Assembly: GCF_036321535.1 (NCBI RefSeq)
Contig: NC_087448.1
Coordinates: 24,800,001 to 24,864,000 of the forward strand
Direction of reading: 5' to 3'
DNA length: 64,000 bases
Source: Camelus dromedarius
Taxonomy: Eukaryota
Position numbers and translations under genes: made by a program. Shown here one piece after another: positions 11,531-23,770 of the stretch (the stretch's first letter is position 1; each line of letters opens with the position of its first letter). The notes under the pieces are model-generated. The model did not search any database. It saw nothing but the letters and a program-made list of their open reading frames with translations, and had not been told where the DNA came from.

Positions 11531-14500
11531 GCCTATGACTTTTTAAAAAGATAAAGAATTCCTCAGTTTTCTACCTTGCTGTTGAGATCATATATTTGCT
11601 GTAAAGCAATGGTTGCCAGTTTTCTTTTTTGAAATATTTCAGTGGAGTACATATCCTGTGTTCCTATTCTTTTAGTTTATGACTCTTTGTGTTTTTCATG
11701 CATGATAAAAACTTGTACTTTTATTTTACCTAAAGAAAGAAGGATATGGAGTGAACTACTGGGATCACAAATTAATATTTGCACTATTTTCAATTTTTTA
11801 TAATGTGGTTATCTTACTTTCATAATAGGACATAAAGGTTGAAAGCCCAGAATTTTGTGTAGAATGAAAACTCAACTCCTTGCTATTTCCAGTTCTGACA
11901 AGTTTACTTCTTTCTCTTGATAACACTTATTCCTGAGCTGATCAGAATTTTAAAGGATTTTTGATTGATTACAAGCTATTTGCAAAGGGGATCCCTGCAT
12001 TTTTCCTATTCCCTGAATAAAGGACTTTTGGGTGGGGACAAACAGGAAAAAATACAGTCTGTGGAATCTTGCCTAGGCTTGCTGATGAGGAGGAGAAAGG
12101 AAGCTCTTACAGCTAAAACTAGTAACTGTGGTTTCTCCAAAAATGGAAGAACCTTCTGTCAAAAATCACAGTGGGCAAGGATCTAGTCAGACCACCATCG
12201 AAGATGGATGTGGGGTAACAACTGAAATATAGAGACTTGACTTGAGCAGCATTTGGGTATTTTCTCATTATTAAATTGTGCATAACTCAGTCCTTTAAGT
12301 TAGGGCATAATCCCATAAAATTATCCATGTTATTGTTGTTCTTTTCTGCGCAAAGTTACAAGAGAGAAAGAGGGAGAGAGAGAGTACTATGCTTGTGTTA
12401 CATTCTGAATGTAAGAAAGTGTTGTAAAGAGCTCCCATTTCCACAAACTATTATTTTTGGTGTTTGTTATTTAAATTCAGTAAGCCTTAGTAAGTGTATA
12501 GACAATGTCCTTTAGAGCATAATAAATGTGACTTGTAGAGATTTATTTTCTCTCTGAAGCTAATCTTCAGCAACTGCAAAACAAATTTTCCTGCATTCAC
12601 TCCATATGATAAATCTGGAACCATCCCATTCCCTTATTCACCCGTGCCTGTCCCAAACTGTTGACACCAGTTTGTTATCATGCCACATGAAGCAGCCATT
12701 TGGGGAGAGTAAACGGAGAGGCCCTTAAATGTAACTATTTTGCCAGAGTCCTGTGCACCCATTACTGGGATGTTCTGTGCATGTTCTTCTGAGTCTCCTT
12801 CAAATGCTGGGAATTTGAACCATGTAGGAAAATGGCTGAAGAGCCCACTGTCCACTGTGGCCCTGAGCAGACCCAATCCATTCCTGGAAGTAGAGCATTC
12901 TCACACACGCCTGAAGGGATGGACTGGCATCCAGCTGACACTCGTCTCCCCCTGTCCTGCCTTGGCAGGGTTTGCAGTACACTAGTGATGACTGGGCAGC
13001 CGGGGTTGCTAATTCCACTGTCGAGGACACCTGTCTCTGGCATACTATGGGAGTTTGATGGCTTTTGGAAATTCTTATGTGTGCCACAGTTGTTTCTGTT
13101 CCTAAGAGGAGGGGATTCTTCATCAACTTAGCAGAAGTGTGATGAAAGAGTGAAAGATGGGAGCGTACAGTTATGGTAACTTCTGCAGGGCATCTAGAGA
13201 CAAACCATAAAAATGAAGAAAGATAAGCCCTATGGTAGAAGCACGTGGGAACTTTTCTCCGGGATATTTCACATACATTTTAATGATTTCTAACTTTTAA
13301 ATGTACTTTTCTGAGGCTGTCATTCTTCCCAAGGCTCAAAACCAACCATGAGAAGCAGGATTTGGGGACATTTCTTCAGGAAACAGGTCCTAAACTTTTC
13401 TGTGTGACAGGCACTAGAGAAAGGAGAATGAAAAGACATCTTCTGTCCAGGAAAGTACAGTTCAATGACATGTTCAGAGAAATTAAGTTTCTCGTTTAAC
13501 AGCTGTGACAATCATGTACAGATGAATTTAATAATCAATAAGAGATATAATTTTATGTAATTTTCAAAGCCAGCTAGCAGTAGAATATCACTATCCCAGG
13601 ACTGAAACAAAGCCAAAGGCTAACTTCAGAGCCACTAATTTTTATTTTCTAATCAGCTAATACTTCAGGGTTGTAGATTTCTGATACTGTTAAACATTAG
13701 CCTAGCCCTTAAATACATGTTTTGTCTGGGAGTTAGTACTTGGCATGAGTGAAGTGATGCTTTTAAAGAAAAACATGAGAGATCAATATACATATTTATG
13801 CTATATAATCATTTGTACACACACAAATTGTGACTGTATGTGGGTACATTTGCATTCCTCAGAATTCCCAAGCAATCATGACGATGATGTCAATGTTAGT
13901 GTCTGGAAGGAGTTAAGAGACTAAATCCCACTTACCATGAATACATTCATCTCAGACAGCTCAGGGAAATACTGTTTTTTTAATTTAAAAAGCATGCTTT
14001 ATGAATATGTAGATTCATCAGTTTCTGATGTTCAATAAAACAAAATTACTTTCAGTTTTTTTTTAATAAATAATCATTTTTACAACAGGCAGGCTTACCT
14101 ACTCAGGGTTAAAATTCCACACACTTTCATAAAGCACCGCAAGCCCAAGTTCCGGAGTTGGTCAGTGTCTGGGAAGAGCACACTCACTGCACACAATGTG
14201 TGTGTGTAGGATGGGGGAGACTAGGGAGGAGAGTGAAGCTGCTGAGAGCAAAGGCCAGGTACACTCATTTCTGCTCTCAGACTTAGACCACCTCCCTGGG
14301 ATACTCAGGTGCAGAGGGACAGGGCTTCAGACCAGGTCAGCCTGCGGTCTCCACCATTGCCACTAGCCCACACCTGCCCTGGGAGGGCCCCAAACTGCTG
14401 TGAAAGCCCTTCTGGAAATGAACTGTCTTTTAAGCAATTGCTCATAGGAGATTGGTGGTCTACCTGACAGTGGTTTATGTGGATCAGATCCAAACTTTCC

Positions 14501-14808
14501 ATGAGCACCCAAGGCCAATGGGTAGTCTGTGCCCTGCAATGCCCTAGGCAGCTCAGAGCCATGGTGATGACCCCCAGCATGTGCTGGCGTGCCAGTTGTC
14601 AATGTGCTCACAGCTGCATAGAAACTGAAACCTAATGAAGCCAGAAGCAGCTAAAGATCACACTGCAGAACCAGTGCAGGAACTGCACACAGCGAGATCT
14701 CTGCCTTCATCCATCAGTTAACATTCACCAGGAAAAGAGACCTCAGTCCCTCTCCTCAAAGCGCAGTTTCCATTTGGACCTGATGTGGTAACATTCGTTC
14801 CACATATG

Positions 14809-14996
14809 NNNNNNNNNNNNNNNNNNNNNNNNNNNNNNNNNNNNNNNNNNNNNNNNNNNNNNNNNNNNNNNNNNNNNNNNNNNNNNNNNNNNNNNNNNNN
14901 NNNNNNNNNNNNNNNNNNNNNNNNNNNNNNNNNNNNNNNNNNNNNNNNNNNNNNNNNNNNNNNNNNNNNNNNNNNNNNNNNNNNNNNNNNNNNNNN
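14809..14996. other. N-run (188 nt)
   Basis: Direct observation; covers the 5' junction of the downstream L1. Confidence 1.
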
Positions 14997-15352
14997 ATGC
15001 TTAATGAAAGACAAATACTGTATAATATCACTTATACATGGAATCTAAAAAATAAAATAAACCAATACATAACAAAACAGAAACAAACTGACAGATATGG
15101 AAAACAAACCAGTGGTGACCAGTCAGGAGAGGGAAGTGAGGAGGGGCAAGAAAGGGGTAGGGGATTAAGAGATACAAACTACTATGTGTAAAATAGATAA
15201 GCAACAAGGATATACTGTATAGCACAGGGAATTATAGCTGTTACCTTGTAATAACTTTTAATGGAGTATAATCTGTAAAAATACTGAATCGCTATGCTGT
15301 ACATCTGAAACTAATACAATATTGTAAAACAAAACTACTTCAGTAAGAAATA
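14997..15352 (+). mobile_element. L1 3'UTR (artiodactyl-type, relatively young)
   Basis: ggaatctaaaaaat...aaaacagaaac...ccagtggtgaccag...gagatacaaactactatg...caaggatatactgtatagcacaggga...gctatgctgtacatctgaaactaatacaatattgtaa. Confidence 0.9.
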
Positions 15353-16424
15353 ATTTTTTTTTAAAAAAGGATCCTTGATTGAGAGGAAGATCCAGATATT
15401 GTACAATAAGCTGAAGGAGAACACAGTGAGCCAATCTCCTGAGGTTACACTGCAGGAAATCAACCCTCAAGACAGGGAAGTCATATTATCCATGAAACAT
15501 AGGAAGCAGAAAAAAGAAAAACCTGCACCTGTATCATCATACAGTATGGTTGCCATGTTTGTTTTATGAAATGAAACCATAATTTCAAGATATATTTATT
15601 TCAATGATATCATCTAAAAGACCGGGATTTGATTAAAATATCTGAGATAAATTTCCACCCTAAAAGGTAAAGATGAAGAAAAAAGGTAACTGTTTAAACA
15701 TTTCAGAAGCACTCTCCCTTCTGTAATCAGTGCCATGTTTTTATATCTAATGTTCCTACTAGAACCCACTTCAGGGGAGGAAAACAGCTTTCTTGTTCAT
15801 CATGAAGCCCTTTCACCACTCTATCCCTAAATTAGGAATGCAATAAACATATAAGCAAATCTTCTTCTTGCTTCTACTTGACCTCAAGCACTTCTCCACA
15901 CTTCCTCCTACTTTGCAACTCAGAATCTTGCATACCTAGGTGTACAGGGTGAATTAGAAAACTCTGCTTTCAAAATGCTGTATTTAAAGAGAAGAGTACT
16001 CATTGAATGTGCATGCCAATATTGGAAAGTTGTCTCTTACACTGTCCAAGCAACACAGCTTCCTTTTAAAAGTTTTCTGGAGAGCCTTATTCACTGGGCA
16101 AGACACGTCATGTCCTCTTGTGTAACACTCCAAATTTCAAGACCTTTTCCCAATAGTCCCACGTCTCATCATTGTCTCTAGGGCATGTATCATAATAGCA
16201 TCAGCAAGAAACTTCTGCTCTGGTTTGTTCCCAAAATCCCACAGGAAAAGTACAAGATCTTTTTTGTTCTGGTAACATACAGAAAGGCCCCTCTTTGAAG
16301 TGTCCCCAGGCTCCTTTTTCTCCTTCCTCCACAGCTACGTTTAAACTCTTCATTGTCTCAGCCTCTACAGAATTTTATTTAAAGTTCTTTTATAGTATTT
16401 TAATATTAAATCAGGGTAATTTCA

Positions 16425-16680
16425 CTTAGTAAATACTTATTAAGGATCTACTCTGAGCTAGGCAATTAGATACACAGTGCATGTGAACCAGACAGGTAAA
16501 CAGTCACATGCTCACAAAGCACTTCGATTTAGCGGGGGAATCAGACAAATAATGGGCAATGCCACACAGTGAGAAATGTACTATTAAAGAAGAAGAAATA
16601 GGAGTGAGAGCAACATGGTTGGAGCCATGGTTGAATCCAGAGGAGGAATAAGGAGAGATGTGGCTGAAAAGGCTGGGACC
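16425..16680 (-). mobile_element. L2 LINE 3' fragment
   Basis: taaatacttattaaggatctactctgagctaggc...gggggaatcagacaaataa. Confidence 0.55.
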
Positions 16681-16879
16681 TGACTATGAACTCTTGCTTA
16701 TCTACCTTCTACACCCCAGGAAGACTCGGCCAAAGAAGGACAGGATTCTTTCCTGTGAGGACTAAAGACACTGCCTCAGAATCCTTTTCAACACGGCTCT
16801 TTGATCAGCAGACTCCTGGGATCCCTTTCACTACACTTTCAGGGGGACTGCAAGGTGCAACTCTCTTCATAATCATAAA

Positions 16880-18172
16880 AAGACATCATTTTCCTTTTCA
16901 TGGTATTGACATTTGCTCTGAAAGGAAAACTGTTGGCACCTTAATACAAACCGAGGCAGTAGAACCAAACTGTAGTGTGATCATTCAATACTTGATCTCC
17001 ATGCATTCATAGAGGGGAAAATGAAAAGCCAATTAATTTGGGAATACCCTTGATGAAGCAGTAAAACAATTAATTTTATTAAATCATGATCTTTGAATTC
17101 ACATCTTTAAGAAGTCCGTGTAACAAAATGAGAAGTACAAATAAGGCACTTCGGCAGCCTACAGAAGTATGATGGCTCACAGAAAAGCGTCGGTTTGATG
17201 GTTTGACCTGTAAGTTGAACGAGCTGCTTTTTTCATGGAACGCCATGTTCATTTGAAAACTATTTAACAGGCAAGCTATGGTTATTCAGACTGAAGTTTT
17301 TGGCAGACATTTTCTCAAAAATGAGCCAAGTATGTTACTTCAAAAAACAACTGATAGTATTTGTTGCCTGTAACTGAATTAAAGCTTTCAAGTGAGAATC
17401 AAGATTTTGGAAGACTCGCATCTATAACCTTGAGTTAGACAGCATTATAATACTTAAAAATTATCTGATGACATAGTGGTGATATTAACAAATGTGGTTT
17501 TTTTTAATAGAAATGTTGTATAATGAAGTGTGCCAACATTTGATCTTTAAAGCAGACTAATAAATGATGTTACAAAATCATGCAGGATAAAGATCCATTC
17601 AAAGAGCAGGATGGTCTAATGAACTTAATATAACAAGCAAGAAAAGTTCATTGATATGGGTTCAGGTTCCACATTGTGACCAATCTTTAAGAGATTAAGT
17701 TTTGAGTCAAAGAATATCTACAATTATCCAAAACAGTTATTAAAATACTCTTCCTTTTTCTAATATGAATCTGTATACAACCTGATTTGCTTTATATATT
17801 TCAACCAAAGCAACCTAGTTCAATGAATTGAATGCAGAAGCAGATCTGAGAATTCAGTCGTCTTCCTTAAAGCAGACATGAAAAAGATAAACAAAAATGT
17901 AAAATAATGCCCATAATGTCTTCTCACTAAGTATGCTTTTGATTTGGGGAAAAAAAAATTGTCTGAAAAAGATAGTTATTTTATACAAATATCTTACTGC
18001 TCATGTAATGGGCTCATTTTATTTTAAATAAATATTTAAAAAATTGTTCTCAGTTTTAATTCCTAATACAGCACATGCCATAGATATAACCTATGCAAAC
18101 AAAAGCTCTTTGGGGTCCTCAGTATTTCCAGAGGGTAAAGGGGTCCCAAGACCTACAAGTCTGAGAACTGGT
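16880..18172 (+). mobile_element. Charlie1-type hAT DNA transposon, 3' half with decayed transposase
   Basis: 17273-17332 translates KLWLFRLKFLADIFSKMSQV (hAT 'YLADIF' block); also cttgatgaagcagtaaaa (LDEAVK), ttgaatgcagaagcagatctgagaat, and the terminal ggggtcccaagacc...gtctgagaactgg; many stops and frameshifts. Confidence 0.9.
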
Positions 18173-18299
18173 GCTTATTGTGATGGTCAATAAAAGGTTG
18201 TTTGATAAGTTCAGTGATAAAGGAAAGTGGTGTTAAACCACTCTCTCTTATATTTATATAATAGCTTATCATTTAAAAGGGCTTGCATATTGAATCATT

Positions 18300-18430
18300 T
18301 GAGCTAGATAGGCCTGGAAGCTGAGAGTCAGAGAGATTAATTAGCTTAAAAAGATAACACTGTTAGTAAAGTATAAGGATGGAGACTAGTTCTGACTCCT
18401 AGTTCAAAGCTCCTTCCATTCTATCCACTT
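18300..18430 (-). mobile_element. MIR fragment
   Basis: gctgagagtcagagagattaattagctt...ttctgactcctagttcaaagctccttcc. Confidence 0.45.
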
Positions 18431-19509
18431 ATCTCTGGTTTAGATTAGACATAGTTTTCAGCACTCTCACCAGCTCAAAATCCTCACTGCTCAGTGCTTT
18501 GCACTTTTATTTTCTTCCTTTCCTTGTTGTTACATTTGCTTAAATGCCTTGACTTTGCCAAAGCTGATGTGCAACATCACTCCCCTTAGATAATGTATAA
18601 CATGGACACATATCCGAAATCAAACTAGACTTTACTCCTAGCAGTGTACTTTAAAAAAAAGTTCAATAGTATCTTTTATACAAACAAACAGAGCAGAAAT
18701 TGTTTATAGTCCTTTTGGAAAACAAAAGGATCCATACTTCCTACATCTGCCTCATAAATAAATATTGCAGCTGGGCTGGTCTCAGTTCCCACCCCAGTGC
18801 TTCCAGAAAAATCCCTCCTCCTATCGTAAATAGGCCCTTTCTGTGGCCCCCACCTGGAGGAGATCACTGGTTGTATATACTTAGGTTTATGCTCTAATTC
18901 CTTGTAAAGCCCTTAAATCTAGGCTCTACTGATCTCATAGGATTCCCAGGCTCCTACCTTCTTGCTTGAGTTTGACATCAACTTGGTGTGATATGATTTT
19001 TTTAAGTCTTTATGTATTTTTTAATTTGCTACAACTGGAAGTTCAAACACAATATTACCAAATTATTCTCTTTCAGTCTAGCCTTCATTTTGCTCATGTT
19101 CTAGCCTGCTTTTATTGTCCCCCTGTGAAGTGACTGAGCTATTTCTGATGCTACTTCTTATTACAGTTTCTGTGATTATTCTGATAATCCTTCAATATCA
19201 TTCAGTATCATTCTTGGTTTCATAGTAGTTTTATCTCTTCAGTACTTCTGCAATACTCTGTAACTCTATTATAGCTTGTCACAATGCATTACTATTTTTT
19301 TTAACCATAGACCGTTAACCCCTTTAAATACTCCCTTATTTTTTTGTGCCTAGCATCAAGCACTGTGCCTAGTTTATAAGGGGCATGCAAGAAATACTTA
19401 TTCAATAAACAAATCATGAAGGAATGAATGAAGATACTGCTTATTATCATACGTCTAGACCATCTTTGGGTCAAAGATTATTCAAAATTCCCAAAATACC
19501 CATAAGTAG

Positions 19510-20770
19510 AGGTATGAATGGAAATATCATAAGTGAAAACACTTGATTAATTTACAGCAACATTGAAAAAAAGCATAAAAAATTTCCAGGAATAAATCTA
19601 ATGAAAGATATTTAAGACTCCTGTGTTGGAAACTATAAAAAAGTACCAACAGAAATCAGAGTTAAATAACTAATGTGATGTACCATGTGTATGAACTGAA
19701 AGGCTTGATATTTTTAAAATATTTGTTCTTTCTAAATTGCTCTATAAATTCAATGTAATCCTAATCAAAATCCCAGCAGGTATTTTATGGAAATTGATAA
19801 ACTAATTCTAAAATGTGTTTAAAAAGATAAAGACCTATGAATAGCCCTTGACAGAGAAGGTTGCTATAGCTCATTGTAAAGCTATAGTATTTAAGACAGT
19901 GTGATATTGGTTCAAGGATAAATACATAACCAGTGAAAGAGAAGAGCACGTTGAAAAACTGACCCAGAATTAGTACTGTCATCTGATTTATGACAAAGGT
20001 GACAGTGCAGTGAAATGGAGAAAGATAGTATTTTTAAATAAATGGTTTTGGGTTAGTTGAATATCTATATGGAAAATAGTGAATCAGGACCCCATCCCCA
20101 ACCTCACACAACACACAAAAATTAGTTCTAGATGTTAAAGAGATCTAAATGTGAAAGGTAAATAATAAAACTGTTAAAAGAAAACATCAAAAATCTTCAT
20201 GACCTTAGGCTAAGCAATGACTACTAAAAAAAGATACAAAATGCTCTAACTTAAAAGGAAAGACCATAACCTAAACTTTTTTATTAAAATTAAGAGCTTG
20301 TGCTTATCAAAACACAATTAACACCTGAAAAGGCAATACATAGTGTGGTGGAAGGTATTTGCTAGACATATACTCCACAGAGAACTGATTTCCAGGATAA
20401 GAATTCCTACAAATCAATAGGAAAATGACAGATAGTGAAACTTTAAAATGGTCAAAAGTCTTAGACATTTTACAAATGAGAATATCTAAGTGGCTAATAA
20501 ACATATGAGATATCCAACTTTAATAATCATCAAGGAAATGCTAATTAAACTATAGTGATATCACATTTACATACCCACCAGAATGGCTAAAATGAAAAAG
20601 CCAATGCTATATTTACTGAGATCATAAAGCAACTGGAACCCTCATATACTGTTGTTGGGGATGCAAATTAGTTCAACCAATTTGGAAAACTATTGGTACC
20701 TACTAAACCTGAATATACTCATATCTAATGACCTGTCATTTACTCCTAAGTTTATAACCCACAGAAATGC
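19510..20770 (+). mobile_element. Old L1M ORF2 (3' half), degenerate
   Basis: ccaggaataaatctaatgaaagat, ctataaattcaatgtaatcctaatcaaaatcccagcaggt, tttatgacaaaggtgac, cccaccagaatggctaaaatgaaaaag, ttggaaaactattgg are colinear with L1 ORF2. Confidence 0.9.
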
Positions 20771-21150
20771 TCTTATAGACTGAATTACATCCTGCCAGAT
20801 TCATATGTTGAAGTTCCAATCACCACTGTGATGTATTTAGAGATAGGGCCTTTAAGGCAGAATTAATGTTAAATGTAGTCATAAGGGTGGGACCCTAATC
20901 CAACAGGACTGGTGTCCTGATAAGAAGAGGAAGAGACCCCAGAAGTAGAGGCACAGAGGAAAGGCCATGTGAGGACATAGCAAAGAAGCANNNNNNNNNN
21001 NNNNNNNNNNNNNNNNNNNNNNNNNNNNNNNNNNNNNNNNNNNNNNNNNNNNNNNNNNNNNNNNNNNNNNNNNNNNNNNNNNNNNNNNNNNNNNNNNNNN
21101 NNNNNNNNNNNNNNNNNNNNNTGTTACGGTAGCGCTAAGCAGACTACTAC
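20771..21150 (+). mobile_element. MLT1A-type MaLR solo LTR inserted into the L1; middle is an N-run (20991-21121)
   Basis: ttatagactgaat...ttcatatgttgaagt...agggtgggaccctaatccaacaggactggtgtcc...[131 N]...tgttacggtagcgctaagcagactactaca. Confidence 0.85.
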
Positions 21151-21630
21151 AAATACACTCAGATTTCAACAAAAAAGACACATACAAAAATGTTTCCAGC
21201 AACACTATGAAGAATAAACAAAACTTAGAAACAGCCCAGATGTCACTCAAGTATAAATTTTTTTTAATTGTGGTAATGTATACAAGATAAAACCCATAGA
21301 TTACAGCTAGACGCAGCAACATGAATGAATCACACAAACATAATGTTGAGTAAAAGAAACCAAATAGAAGAGAATACATACTGAACGATTCTATTCATAG
21401 AAGTTATGACAAATCAGTCCAAATGAATCCGTGATATTAAAAATCAGGAGAGAGGTTAAGCCTGGGGACAGTAACAGGAAGTGAGTGCCAAGGGACTTTC
21501 TGAGATGCTCTTAATATTCTGATTCGCAATCTTAGTGAGTGCTAGTTACATGGATATGTCTCTTTTGTGAAAAGTCATTGAACTGTGCATTATTTACTCA
21601 GTTTTTTTTTAATGTATGTCACGCTTCCAT
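21151..21630 (+). mobile_element. Continuation of the L1M (3' end)
   Basis: aaaaagacacatacaaaaatgtttccagcaac...gcagcaacatgaatgaatcacacaaacataatgttgagtaaaagaaacca...gaaaagtcattgaactgtgc. Confidence 0.8.
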
Positions 21631-23294
21631 AACAACTAGCAAGTGGTAGGTCTGGGATTCAAACCCTGGCTGCCTGGTTCCAAATCTTTTAATATTCTAT
21701 TACATTGTCAAATGATTTTATATTCTAATCATGACAGGTAGTCTTAGGTATCTTTGTACATCTTTCCATAATCTATACTGACAACTCATATCATTAAAGA
21801 TCTTCTAGAACATTTCCTCTGACTCAACAGCTTGTTAATAAGGTTCTCTTCCCTGAAGTCCCTCTTTATTTTTTCTCTCAGAACATTTCTTTTCTCACCA
21901 CTTCAGATTCCAAGTCCCTTGTCTTCTCCCATGAAGCTCAGAAGCAGGAAGGGTTTTGCCCCTCACGAAACACCCTGCATGCTTATACCAACTTGAAGTT
22001 TCCCATGCTGAGTCATCTTGGGAATGTCGCATGGCTTTAAAAGTTCTCAGAAATTCTTTAACTTTCAGTTCATCAAACACACCCGGATTCTAACTTATGG
22101 CAAGACGTACTACATGGATTTTCTCCTATTACTTTTAGCTCATAACTTTCCATGTAAACCTCCCAAGTATTTACCCTTTCACCCAACAATTTTCCTTCGG
22201 GTCTAACCCATTTTTTTCCCCATGATGAAGTCATCTAAGACAAGTTCCTCAAATGTGGCACAAACCACGGGAAAGCCCCATGTCCACAGATCTTGTATTT
22301 ATTAATCTTTTTCCTATTTATCAATTTAAAATCAAGGAAACCCCCAAAGTGTATAATTCAGAGCCTTTAACATATTTTCATTGATTATCAACTGTTCCAG
22401 TTTCTAAATGGACATTACCTTATGGTTAAAAATAATAACTTTATTTTACCCTAGAAGGAAATATAACTAAAAAAGAAAGAAAAATAACCAAAACTCTTGT
22501 TAAATAAAATCACATATTTGTATCTTTCTCCCCCTTATCTTCTATTATATTATCCCACTTTACCAGTTCTCTGTGTGAAAGAAAATTTTCAAACCTCAGA
22601 ATTTGCTGAGTCAGTTTTTCTGCTTCTTGGCTGCCTTCCTACTGGTGTTTTGTTGTCAGTAGTTCTACTTGCCTCTCTGCCGCATTCACAGAAAAGACAT
22701 TTCCCCACATCCTCTCTCAGCTTCTGCACATCCAGCTTCCTTCTCCTGTCTCCAGACACTGCTGCTGGAAGTTATCTTGTCCCTGCTGATCAAAGAAGGA
22801 AACTCAAATCTCTCTCTCTTCCCCTTCCTCCTTCCTTCTATCCCATTTACCTTTTAGAGAAAGAATTACATAGGAAATTAGAAAGACCCAAACACACAGT
22901 ATTTTCCAAATTTAACTAAAATGATAAAATATACATCTTATTTTTGGCCTTGAGATGCATAGAATAAATGGCTTTTCATACAGGAAAAGTAAATGCACTG
23001 CAATGTTTCAAGAAAAAAGGAATTAAAATGTAGCTGGAGCAGTCACTGTGCAGGTCTTAGATGGGATCCCTCACTCTTGACCCTCAGAGACTCTCATCTC
23101 TGGGTCTCTTATTTCTGGTCCATTCTAAAATGCATTGTTTTGGAATTCAATGTTCCAAAATTTAGCTTCTTAAACCACTCTTTTTGTTCCACACCTCATT
23201 CCTTATCCCATTTCTCATGACTCTCTTTGCTATAAAGGTCATGGCCCAAATTACCATGTTGTTTCCCCTTGTCATTTATATCAGTAGATATCCA

Positions 23295-23770
23295 TTCCCT
23301 CAGTGAATCATCAAACAGTAACCAAGAACCTACCCTGTATCAGGCATGTTTTAGGTGTAAGGGCTACAGATACGAACAAGTCAATTATGAAAGAGTCATA
23401 CTAAAAAATATATAACATACTATCAGAAAGTGATACAACTGAAAACAAAGGGAATAGAAAGCTAAGGGGTGGAGAGACAAGGTCCGAGGGAAGCCCCTCC
23501 TAAAGGAGAAGACACGAGAAGGGAGACTAGTGAAACTGGGGATCAAGACTGTCAAAGCTCTTGGGGTAGCGCCTTTCAGACTAGAGTAGAAGGTGGTTCA
23601 GCAAGAGGAAGGCCCCGAGGAAGGATTCAGTTTGGTATGTTCGAGGATCAGTAAAGAGGTCAGTGTGGCTGGAGTGGAGTCGTGGGTAGGGGGTTGGAGG
23701 AGGGAAGGAGCTGACCAGGACAGATCATTTAGGTCCATTCAGCCAGCGGCAAGGAGTTAGGAATTTACTT
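23295..23770 (-). mobile_element. L2 LINE
   Basis: accctgtatcaggcatgttttaggtg...gaggtcagtgtggctggagtggag...gcaaggagttaggaattt. Confidence 0.75.

Noticed and set aside
16880-18172. Possible domesticated hAT transposase gene
   Set aside because: Multiple stops, frameshifts and deletions; an ordinary Charlie1 fossil
20879-21379. ORFs spanning N-runs (also 14718-15048 and 57303-57646)
   Set aside because: Length inflated by X codons; flanks are LTR or L1 sequence
19510-21630. Possible functional L1 ORF2
   Set aside because: Heavily degenerate, 5'-truncated and interrupted by an LTR
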